A DNA stretch of 20,000 bases. It comes from Chiloscyllium plagiosum. Taxonomy: Eukaryota. The stretch lies in NCBI RefSeq assembly GCF_004010195.1, contig NC_057719.1:48320427-48340426 (forward strand), in the 5' to 3' direction. This document shows positions 9,493 through 19,163 of this stretch, piece by piece (position 1 is the stretch's first letter; each line of letters opens with the position of its first letter). A model generated the notes under the pieces. That model worked only from the letters and a program-made list of their open reading frames with translations. It did no database searches and was not told the DNA's origin. A program made the position numbers and the translations under genes.

Positions 9493-10531
9493 TAACCTAT
9501 AAAGATTTCCTTCAGTCCTAAAGCCATTTGATAGCTATCTTAATGTAATTGGCATGAAATAATTAGATCAGGATCATTCTAAGCAAAAGCCACATCCATA
9601 CTTTCATGTTATCTTAATTTAGTTCAGCTGCATAAGTGCATCTGTATCTGGACATATTGCAGTACATATTCAAACCAATATAATTAAATCATTCCTTTTA
9701 TTGGTAAGATTTACAAGACTAAATAAAACATAAGCTCACTTGCTGACTTAATGATCTTAAGCACATGTTCATTCAGTTCGTAATGTACAGCTCTGTTTAA
9801 TTAATCTTATTAATGCTTTTGTGTGTTACATTTGCAAACTGTGATTGGTGATTAAAAAAGCTTTCCAGCTTTAAACTTCCAGGACAGAGATCTCAAGTTG
9901 CAACAATTTCACTGTAGGAGTTGAGTGGTGGGTTTGAGAATGCAGAGAATTTGACAGGATTCCGAACAAAAGAGACTCTTTGATTAGATCAGAATGGCTT
10001 TTGTTTCTTCTCTCTGTTTGAGCTTTGGATCTGTCAAATAAAATGTCTGGCATAAGGAATGTTGCACATTTGGCAGTTTTCCATTTTATTGAACTGTATC
10101 CTGCTTTCATGCAGACAATTGGCAAACACTATATGGCTTTCAAATGCAGATTAACACATTGTGGGTGTATTGCGCTGTGTATCCCATTGTTGATGTTCCA
10201 AACTCAACACACATATGTTATCAAAATTAGTTTTTGTGATCGCTGCATGGAGATGTCGAGACAAAGTGGTCAAAAGAATAGCACCATGCCTTAAAACACA
10301 GGCAGTTGACTAAAAGAAAGCATTACTGGCACGGGCTTCATACATATATTGCAATTATATTTTTAAAAATTAAATTACAGCCAAACCTATCAGAGTGAAT
10401 ATTATGACAAATGCTTTTATGACTGATCTGGGAACTGAGATCAGCTGCAGAATTGCTCAGCTCATTGATAAGAGCTTTGGACAAAAAAATTTCAGAGAAT
10501 TTGTACAAGTTATGATAACTGATACATTCTC

Positions 10532-11638
10532 AGGCTAATATTTTGTCAATTGGAGAACACCTCAGCCATGATGGAAATGCTGGAAAAAGTTGGGAACCTC
10601 AAGTCCGAACCTGACATCTCTCATTGTTGTGGTGACAGACTTGATGTTGGGTTATAGTTCACACATGCATAGTTCCTGGATGCAGCTGGTCTTCCTGGAA
10701 GCAGCTGGCCAATTAAATAACCAGATGGCTCCACAGAAATCAGATTTTGGAGTTCCAGGTGTCTGGGATCTGGAGTGGAGAGATTAGTCCTGGAGAGAGC
10801 AGGTCTGTTTTCAGTGCATTTCTTTGGGGTAGCCCTGCATATGGCCTCTGTTCACTTGACGGGAGTGCAGGGTGCTGGGTTAAAGATTCTTTTGGGAGTG
10901 GGCGGAGGGAATATCCTTTAGTCGGAATATATCATGTGCCCTTTGAGACTATTAACATTGGAAAGGAGTGTGTGTAAGGTGCAAAAGCCCTTTGGAACTG
11001 TTCATCTTGTCAAGAACTCTGGTCTTATGAATGGAATGCTTTTCTCAGTACAGTGTAGCCTGTAATATAAAATTTTAGGTAAGACAACTATGTTTTTCTT
11101 CTGTGTGCATGGGCACTTGTGGATACTCAATGAATTGGCAAGGCAGATGACAATGGAAAGGATGGTGGGAAAGTAGGTACTAAGTTGGTATAGAAATGTG
11201 AAGGTCTATGGGGATGGGGAGGGGCATTAGCTTGTATGTAATGATATGGGTAGGGATCTGGTCCTCAGACCCTTTGCTGCTAATAAGGTGCTCTTTAGTG
11301 GAGATAAAGCACCACATAGGATTGTGAAAAAACAAGTTACTTAACTGCCATGCTTTCTGAGAGTGCTGGGCAGTTTTAGAATGCCACTGTTTGTCTGGGT
11401 GTACAACAGCATTTTATTGATGGAGCTGATGCCAGAGTTGCCTGTCTACTCTGGGTGGTCCTGGTAGTGGAACATACTCATGGTTACGGCAAATGGCAGA
11501 ACCAAGCTAGCTTCATATAGGATTGATGCCATAGGGGTTGGGGTTGGTAATTAATGTGGCAAGTGTGGGATAATTGCATGAGAAAATGCAATGATACCCT
11601 TCATGAATATGACACAGCCAAAATATAAGATTTAGCCC
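10532..11638. mobile_element. Possible ancient non-autonomous DNA transposon (Harbinger-like ends)
   Basis: G-rich block bounded by weak inverted ends: AGGCTAATATTT at 10532 and AAGATTTAGCCC at 11627-38. No transposase and no clear TSD. Confidence 0.25.
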
Positions 11639-12004
11639 CATGTGTTTGAACACGTTTTTGGTCATCTGACCTAATAGTTCCTTACATGGTTTGGCTTATT
11701 CTGTTTCATATTGCTCCTTGAAGTGTTTTGGGATATTTCAATGCAATCAAGGATACCTGCCTGATTTGGAATGTGGGCATCAAGGATTGGCACCAGACCC
11801 ATACAGAGATCCATGTAAAGACCCAGATTCATTTTAATTTTATTATGTCTTGGTGCCAACTTCAGATTTATATCTTTTTTTATCAGGTTTCTGTCTTCAT
11901 TCACTGCTTTATGGCAGTCTTATTTGCAAGGTAACTGAGTGTGTGTTGCTTGTTTATTAAGTTACGTGTTTGCAGATTGTTCTGAAGATATAATCAAGTT
12001 TCGC

Positions 12005-12073
12005 TTCGGCGGGTCGGTGTGGACTTGTTGGGCCGAAGGGCCTGTTTCCACACTGTAATGTAATCTAATCTAA
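12005..12073 (+). mobile_element. 5'-truncated HE1/HER1 3' tail, young
   Basis: GGGTCGGTGTGGACTTGTTGGGCCGAAGGGCCTGTTTCCACACTGTAATG plus a TAATC-repeat tail; matches the reverse complement of 9213-9260 with CpGs retained. Confidence 0.88.
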
Positions 12074-12855
12074 GTTCACGTTGAAGATTTGTTTAATAAA
12101 TATAACTGTGTTTCCGTGCTGTATGACTCCATGGGACTATGGATTGCTTTCATCAAAGTGTTCTTACCAGTAAATATAGAAAGTTCCAAATTTTGTTATC
12201 ATTAGAAAATTTTCTCCGGTGACATTTTCAAGTTTTGAAAAGTCAATGAAAAGTTATTGATAAGTTATTTGACAAGTTATTTCACCATGTTAACCCCAAT
12301 AATTCCAGACTGGCTAAAATGTATCTACAACAATGTAATGAAGACAACTTGAGCTGTAAAATATCTCAACTGTGCTTCTTGTTCATCTTTTGTGGCAAAG
12401 ATAAATATGTTCATTAACTCTAATGTTTGGTATGGATCCACTTGGTAAAAAGATGAGTGCTAAAGTTGATCTGCAAATAAGATGTTGCAAATAAGACAGG
12501 ATTTCATGGACAGTTGAGTTTTCACAGGTAGCTTATTCAGCATTTATTCTGTTTGCGCTTACTTTCTGGCTCTAATATGTGCTTGCTTTGAAAGGATGCC
12601 AAATGATTTTTATTTGGTTATGCCAGATGTAATAATCCTGGGTGAGCTTTTCCTAGGATTCAAAATCAATTTTAATAAAAGTCTGAAGTGAATATTCAGT
12701 GTCCTTGTAGCACTTCCTCTGATTTCATTGAGACCACACTCCAGAGTCAAGTTCTCCATAAGCAAGTATCAGGTGTTTCCATACAGCACACAAGAAGAAC
12801 TATTTCCCTACCCTGCTTGTACCAGTTTGGGACTGTGTGTCTATGTTATTGTATT

Positions 12856-13152
12856 ATAAGAACTAGGAGTAAGCAATTCAGCTTCTTGAGCTTGCTCCCC
12901 CATTTGAAACGATCATGGCTGATCCCATCTCGGATTTAATTCCACTTTCCTGAAGTTCTCCCTAAGCCTTCAACCCATCATTAATTAAAAATCTGTCTAT
13001 CTCTTCCTTAAAGTTACACAATGTCCCAGCACTCACACCATTACCCTTTGGGTAGTGAATTCAACAGATTCATGGCCCTTTGAGAGAATTACTTTCTCCT
13101 CAGCTCTATTTTAAATCTGTTAAACTTTACATTTATCCTAAAACTATGACTT
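12856..13152 (-). mobile_element. CR1 LINE 3' end
   Basis: AGAACTAGGAGTAAGCAATTCAGC..GATCATGGCTGATC..GGGTAGTGAATTCAACAGATTC..CTAAAACTATGAC is the reverse CR1 3' UTR and ORF2 end. Confidence 0.85.
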
Positions 13153-13216
13153 CATCTGGAGGTTGGATGCTTATTTGGACAAGTCAAAAATCTACTCTAT
13201 GTATCTTTATAGTGCC

Positions 13217-13580
13217 TATAGAATGCACATAGGAACATGAGTAAGCCATTCAGCCCCTGAGTCTGCTCTGTGATTCACTAAGATGATGGATAATGATGGC
13301 CAATGTGTGGCCTAACTCCACATTCCTGCCTTCGGCCTATGTCCCTTGATACCTTACTTAATGAAAAATTATCTGTCTGATTTAAGTTTAACAATTGAAT
13401 TAGCGTTGACCGCATTTTGAGGACGAGAGTTCCAAACCTCCTCTACTCTGTGTGGGTAGAAGTGCTTTTTAACACATCTCCTGAATGGTCTGGCCCTAAT
13501 GCTTAGAAAATGCCCCTGATTCTGGAAACTTCAACGAGGAGAAATAGTTTATCTACCCAGTCTTTCTCTGTTAATATCAT
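13217..13580 (-). mobile_element. CR1 LINE 3' end (second copy)
   Basis: ATAGGAACATGAGTAAGCCATTCAGCCCC..GAGAGTTCCAAACCTC..CTGAATGGTCTGGCCCTAAT..ATCTACCC. Confidence 0.85.
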
Positions 13581-13584
13581 CAGA

Positions 13585-13710
13585 AGGACGAAAGTCACTG
13601 GACTCAAAATGTTAACTCTGTTTTCTCTCCACGGATTCTGCCAGACTTGAGTTTTTCCAGCAAATTTTGTTTTGGTTTCTGATTTCTAGCATCCGCCATT
13701 CTTTCTTTTT
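13585..13710 (+). mobile_element. Family C hammerhead-bearing element, decayed core
   Basis: Stem II AGTC-ACTG-GACT at 13593-13604, then C-AAAA-TGTTAAC (from CGAAACGTTAAC), GATTCTGCCAGAC box and GATTTCTAGCATCCGC 3' box. The CUGANGA segment is not recognisable. Confidence 0.7.
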
Positions 13711-13711
13711 G

Positions 13712-13975
13712 ATTATGGTCAGGGTGTTGCAATGTGTTGTCCTACTTCCTTTAACACCTGGGGATTTGTCATTATTCAATTCCGTTAATTTTCCCATTGT
13801 TGATGATTTACTTAAGCTAATTTTATTTAGAAGCTGCCCCGAATCCCTCTTAATTTGTTTGGGATTTCCAGCAAGTCATCCTCTCTTTCTGCTGTGAATA
13901 CTTAAGAAAAATAATACCTCCCATTTCCCCATGGACAGTGACAATATTCTCACTCTCAATCTTCAGTGGGCCAAA
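13712..13975 (-). mobile_element. CR1 LINE internal fragment (region upstream of the RT domain)
   Basis: ORF 13612-13797 begins MGKLTELNNDKSPG, matching the CR1 KL..L..DKSPG(PD) motif. Confidence 0.7.
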
Positions 13976-14584
13976 TGGAATTGAAAGGAGAGAATAAAAT
14001 CAGTACCTTGTATTGCATCATATTTCTCAAAGTGTATTTTCAGCATCTTGCGCAGTGTTGATGAATCAGTTGTGTGATTGGTAAAATTATCAATGCTCAT
14101 ACCCAGTTTGAAAAAAGAAGTTTATTTCTGCTCAATTTGTTTATTTGTATTCAGTAAGTTCTTGTTACTCTGAATAGTGTTCATTGAAGCAGACAAATTT
14201 GAGTAGTTTAAGCCAGGGGAATAACCTTAGAATGTACTTGCTTTTTAACACATGGTTATCATTATGATCAGTCTTCCTCATGCAGTCTCTGATGATTATT
14301 TGCTACATTGTCAGTGCTTAATGGTGACTGAAGAAACAATGGGCTGTGATTAGTCTGAAATAGATCAAGCACACTGATTCCTGTAGTACTTTCCCTGGAG
14401 TTACTTTCCCTTTTAAAGAACTTACTGAGTCATACGAACTTTTATTCACTTTTGAGTTTTCATATGGTAACGGGATTAGGTTTTGATTTAGATAAATGAA
14501 AATTTCCTTTTTGAGATCTCATAGTTTTTCAAGAGTTGAATTTTTATTCAATGCCCCCCTCATGATAACTCGGCATTTTACAGA

Positions 14585-14798
14585 AAGCAACAAATGCTGG
14601 AGATCACAGCAGGTCAGACAGCATCCATGGAGAGACAGCAAGCTAATGTTTGAATTCTAGATGACTCCATCAGAGCTGAAGTGATGTATGGAGAGGACAG
14701 CATTTATACTATGTTTGGAGGGAGGGGGGTAGTACACGTAGGCTGCTGGAGGAGAAAAGATGCTGATAGTTCAGATTAAGCGATTGGAGTGTGAGAAT
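14585..14798 (-). mobile_element. Family D hammerhead-bearing element with perfect 13 bp TSD
   Basis: GGCATTTTACAGA at 14572-84 and 14799-811. Reverse complement has AGCT-CTGATG-GAGTC-ATCTA-GAATTC-AAA-CATT-AGCT then GGATGCTGTCTGACCTGCTGTGATCTCCAGCATT. Confidence 0.85.
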
Positions 14799-15171
14799 GG
14801 CATTTTACAGACTAACATGAACATGTCATAAACCGATAGACTTTATGGGGAATCTTTTTCACTGTGCTCATTGTAATTAAGTCCGAAGTAAGAATGGGTT
14901 TCTGATTTGAAAATGTTAGGAATCTCAAAGATTTTTTCTAACTAAAATAGAATAGCACAGAGGAAATCTCCCTTTCTCCTACAATGCTTTTAGAACTAAA
15001 GTTCCAATGTCACTTAGGTATCAAATTGAATTTTGGGTGCTTCAATGCAAATGCTGGCATGTAATTCAAGAGAATGGAATGCCTTAAAACTGAAATCATC
15101 AAATTGTCTTAAGCCAAAATGCCTAGTAGAGATCCTAACTCATGGCTAACAGGAGCATGTTAGTTCTAAGG

Positions 15172-15316
15172 TTTTTTATTCATTCACGGGATGAGGGTGT
15201 CATTGGCTAGGCCAGCATTTATTGCCCACCCTTAATTGCCCAGAGGGCAGTTAAGAGTCAAACACATTGCTGTCGGTTTGGAATCACAAGTGGACCAAAC
15301 CAGATAAGGATAACAG
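15172..15316 (-). mobile_element. SINE-like 3' fragment sharing its tail with the LINE at 6103-6583
   Basis: Reverse complement ends GGGCAATTAAGGGTGGGCAATAAATGCTGGCCTAGCCAATGACACCCTCATCCCGTGAATGAATAAAAAA, homologous to 6515-6583. Upstream of that it is unrelated to the LINE. Confidence 0.75.
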
Positions 15317-15319
15317 AGA

Positions 15320-15574
15320 TGAGGGTTTTTTTTCTTATGGATTGTGTGACTTTACAACTGAGTGCCTCAGGCAGCAGTGCCGAGGCAAGGCCATTACATA
15401 TTTTTAAGACAGTGATAGATTCTTGTTAGGCAAGGAAATCAAATGTTATTGGTATAGATGGGTATGTGGAATTTCAAGCACAAGTAATTCAGCCATGATC
15501 GTATTGAATAGTGGACCAGGTCTGAGGGGTTGAATGATGTTCTTCTTCTCCTATCTGGTCTGCTTGTATATTTA
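15320..15574 (+). mobile_element. CR1 LINE 3' end
   Basis: ATATTTTTAAGACAG..GATAGATTCTTG..TCAGCCATGATCGTATTGAATAG..GAGGGGTTGAATG..CTCCTAT. Confidence 0.8.
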
Positions 15575-15576
15575 TA

Positions 15577-15660
15577 AGATGCTGAAAAAAGCAGGAAATC
15601 AGGCAGTGTCTGAGGAGAATGAATAAGTGTTAATGTTTCATATCTGACCTTCTGTTGAAA
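15577..15660 (-). mobile_element. Very decayed family C-like hammerhead-element remnant
   Basis: Reverse complement AGGTCAGATATGAAACATTAACAC..TTCTCCTCAGACACTGCCTGATTTCCTG resembles GAAACGTTAACTC..CTCCACAGATGCTGCC. Confidence 0.5.
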
Positions 15661-16049
15661 TGTAATCATACCACCTAATATAAATGAGACAGTAGCAGCA
15701 CAATAATCCTGCTCAGTCTTCTGCAATCTTAATAGCAGCAGAAATTTAAGGTTGGACACTATTTTAATATGTAAACTGGCATCCTATGAGGTACATGAGA
15801 TCCTGTTTGTATTTTTGTGATAAAAATGACCAGTGTAAACTGACAATAGAGGCGGCAGAAAACCTTTTATTGCATTTCATTTTTGTGGACCTGGGAAATC
15901 CAATAGATTACTTCTACCCTTATAAAAATACAGTGGCCCTCTGTTGTCTCTTATTTTGCCCAATACTTGGATTGTTCACCATCACTGCACTGAAATTAAC
16001 TAAACAAAACAAAAATAAGCCCACCATTCAAATTATATTATTTCATTCG

Positions 16050-16185
16050 TTTTGACTATTTTGACATGTATTAAGGGATATGGAAACAAGGTATATAATT
16101 GAAGTTAGGACAAATGTCTCCTTGAATGGCAAAAGGAACTTGAGGGGCTGAATGGAGTACTTCTGTTTGTATTTTGTATGTTTCC
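16050..16185 (+). mobile_element. Old CR1 3' UTR fragment
   Basis: GTATTAAGGGATATGG..TTGAATGGCAAAAGGAACTTGAGGGGCTGAATGG..TATGTTTC. Confidence 0.7.
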
Positions 16186-16405
16186 AATGAAGTATTAAAC
16201 TTGCAATACATTCAGATTGATTGAGAAAAGAAAATTGAATTCTCTGGATTAAGTATGGAGTAAGATTCCATTCATTGCTCCAGAACACAAACTTAACCCA
16301 GAATATTTAAATGAAAGATTTGTTAATACTGTATACTAAAATCATTGAGCTGTGTTGTTGCTAGAGATCACTTTTAATATCAACAGTACAATGATAATGA
16401 AACAG

Positions 16406-16622
16406 GGAGAAAGTGAGTGCAGCAGATGCTGGAGATCTGAGTCAAGAATGTGGTTCTGTTAAAGTACAGCCGGTCAGGGAGCATCTGGTGACCAAGAGAA
16501 TCAAAGTTTCATTGCATAAGCCCTTAATCATTCCTGATGAAGGGCCTATACCCAATATGCTGATTCTCCTGCTCCTTGGATGATGCCTGACTGGCTATGC
16601 TTTTCCAGCACCACACTCTGGA
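16406..16622. mobile_element. Family A hammerhead element in inverted configuration with ~17 bp degenerate TSD
   Basis: Minus arm 16406-16530 and plus arm 16531-16622 (CTGATGA at 16534-40, GGGC-CTAT-ACCC, decayed GAAA). Flanks CAATGATAATGAAACAG (16389-405) and CAAAGATAACAAAACAG (16623-39) match 14/17. Confidence 0.85.
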
Positions 16623-16768
16623 CAAAGATAACAAAACAGCCTACCATGTGCTTTGACTTTAGTCTTAATGAAATTATTTCCATGGGACTAATCTGAAACT
16701 ATATTAATAATTAACCTTTGTTCTGAGAATAAGCTGTTTTGAATACAGGAGTATGTTATATTTTAATG

Positions 16769-16878
16769 CTGAAAATGTGTTGCTGGAAAAGCGCAGCAGG
16801 TCAGGCAGCATTTAAGGAGCAGGAGAATCGACACATTTTCAGCTCTGATCTCCAGCATCTGCAGTCCTCACTTTCTCC
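16769..16878 (+). mobile_element. Family A element lacking the ribozyme core, 5' part inverted, perfect 15 bp TSD
   Basis: TGTTATATTTTAATG at 16754-68 and 16879-93. Inverted 5' segment 16769-16830, then forward 3' segment ACACATTTTCAGCTCTGATCTCCAGCATCTGCAGTCCTCACTTTCTCC. Confidence 0.9.
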
Positions 16879-17749
16879 TGTTATATTTTAATGTCAATAA
16901 TAAAATTAGCATTTCTTATTTGTGGTATATTATTTTTAATGTGCTTGAGTTGGAAATAAATTGCCAGTAGGAGCACTGAATCAAAACTTCTAGCTGAATT
17001 TGCAGAAGGACTTCTGCTCAGTGGGTGATTAGTTGAAGATATGTGAGGGGTGATGGTTGTAGAGGGGAAAGTAAGTGCACATCACTTTGGGATACATAAA
17101 CATTTCCAAAAGTGAAATTTTCTGCGGGTTGAAGAGCGAAGCCCATAGGAGAGGTGAAAAATAAAAAATAAGAAATCTGATTACTGTTTTTATGCCAAGT
17201 GTAGGACTTTGGAAACTTTTTGGAGTTCCCTGTTCTTCAGTAGAATGTAGCTGCAGATTAGATGAAGACTAGGGAAATTCTTGTTTTTGTTTCTGTAAAC
17301 AGTTTCTGTTACGTCAACAAAATAAATGACTCCTTCTCGAATGGAGATCCCTGCTGTTTTTCCCAGTACAAATTTGTTAACACTTACAAGATGTGGATAT
17401 TTTTCTCTTGTGAAGTTTGAAGTGTGAAGTTATCTGATTTCAACAGTTTTTACATGGTTCCGTTTGACAGGCATCAATGTTTACTTGATGTGTAGGAACC
17501 TTGACAGAAATTCCAAAGAAAATTCTCTTGAAAAAAGTGACTGGACAAATCTTGTTGACTCCATCATTTTCAGACTTAAATTCCTTCCTTAAACCTTTCT
17601 GTTTCTCCACTTGTTTTTGTTGGTCTTCATAAAGATATTGGTCTTTGTGTTCATTAGAGCGTGTACAGCATTTTAACTGCAGGGCAACTAAAGACCACAC
17701 AGTATCCATTTCAGCAGCAAAAGCAGGACTTTGACAACAAGCTGCTCAG

Positions 17750-17879
17750 GTAAGTACTTTTTTTTTAATTTTTAAGGCATTCTGCGGGCCAGAGATAACA
17801 GGACTGATTTTTGTTCTGGTTAATATACTTTGGACCTCCATATTCCCCATTTCTGACTTATTGGGACTGTTTCTTTCAG
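17750..17879 (+). other. Candidate short spliceosomal intron (130 nt)
   Basis: Consensus donor CAG|GTAAGT at 17747-55, branch-like CTGAC at 17853-57, and pyrimidine tract + CAG (TGTTTCTTTCAG) ending at 17879. Confidence 0.35.
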
Positions 17880-18379
17880 GGTTTCAGATGGTAGCCAAAC
17901 CACTACAAATGTTGCTTAGCATCAAGTGTGAATTAGCATGTAAATGAGACCCTGGGATCATTATTTGCCCAACATCACAATCTGCTGGGGGTGATGGGGC
18001 ATCTGAGGCATCCAGCTTGCCTCTTGTAACTATCCACATTCTCAATTCCTGTTCCAAGGCGAAATCAGGGCTTGAGTGTCAGAATCTAACAAAACATGAC
18101 TTGCTGTCTATTATCATCTATACTACTGTATTTGAGTTGATTGGATTAGACATTGCCAGATTATACACATGAAATACTTCTCATTCACAGATGATTTTCC
18201 TTAAATATTTAATGCTGAATACTTCTAGGTCAGACTAAGAAACTCGATCTTACAAAAGTGAAAGTAAAATCTTGTTAGTATTTGGTTATTCTGATACTTT
18301 TTCTTTTTGATTGGTTAAAAGGTCACTGCCACCAACAAGCTGCTCAATCTTGTGAACTGACTGTGTAGAGAAGGAACTT

Positions 18380-18855
18380 AACACTTATGTAACAGCTTTC
18401 AAAACCCCAAGGCATGTACTATGCACAATCACTATTATTATGTGTATTAAAGGTGGCTGCCAATTTGCACAAACCATGTCCTACAAATTATTATGAAGTT
18501 TGGAAATGTGATGGTGGCAGGTTCTATTTAGGCATTCAAGATGGCATTGGATGATTATTTGGATAAAAATGGTGTGGAGGGATCTTGGAGAAAGCAGAAG
18601 TAGCAGTAGGTAATAGAGCCAGTCCAGACACAGTGGGCTGCAACAATTCTGTGATTCAGTGAAGTGATCAGATGATTTGCACTGGTGCTATTGGTTGAAG
18701 CGTAACTGTTAGCCAAGGCGCTGGGAGAATATCTCTTCTCTTCTCTTCTTTGAAAAGTGCCATCATGAGATATTTCACTATACCTGAGGCAGATGTCTCA
18801 CTTACAAGGTGGTACCTGTAATGCTGCAGTTTAATTTTATTCTTGTGCTTGGGGA
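18380..18855 (-). mobile_element. Old Deu-domain SINE (SacSINE1/AmnSINE1-related), split by a CR1 fragment
   Basis: GGCTGCCAATTTGCACA..CCTACAAA | GTGATCAGATGAT..TTGGTTGAAG..TAGCCAAGGCGCTGGGAGAA..CTCTTCTTTGAAAAGTGCCAT..ACCTGAGGCAGA matches, from memory, the reverse Deu domain. Boundaries approximate. Confidence 0.65.
18494..18657 (+). mobile_element. CR1 3' end fragment inserted in the Deu-SINE
   Basis: GGCATTCAAGATGGCATTGGATGATTATTTGG..CAGACACAGTGGGC..AATTCTGTGATTC tail. Confidence 0.7.
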
Positions 18856-19163
18856 ATATACCTTCATGTTGAATTCAACAAACCATTCTGTGGCTTCAGC
18901 TGACTTGAGTGTAATTTTCTGATCTTGCTGGCTGAGAGGCAGAAAGGACATTTAGGTAGAATGGTTGCAGGTTCTCTTTCCTGATGCAAAAATAAAATTC
19001 TGTTCTTATGGTGAACAGTTGAGATGCTATCCAGCATCACTCTTTTAGGGCAGAAGTTCAATATGCTGGTGATAATCTGACTTTGATGACCAAACCTTGC
19101 CAATCAGATTCCTAGTTCAATTTAGATTTAGAGGATTTCCTGTGACAGACAAAGCAAGTGCTT

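Noticed and set aside
10423..10444. Small inverted repeat CTGATCT/AGATCAG
   Set aside because: A 7-bp stem is expected by chance in 20 kb.
15786..16055. ORF with hydrophobic LCCLLFCPILGLFTITAL stretch reminiscent of dispanin/CD225 proteins
   Set aside because: Only vague similarity, no convincing splice sites and no second hydrophobic segment; probably chance. A Pfam CD225 search would settle it.
17440..17709. Minus-strand ORF ending VNIDACQTEPCKNC, like the start of an EGF repeat
   Set aside because: Stops before the six-cysteine pattern is complete, has no supporting splice sites, and the rest of the ORF is not EGF-like.
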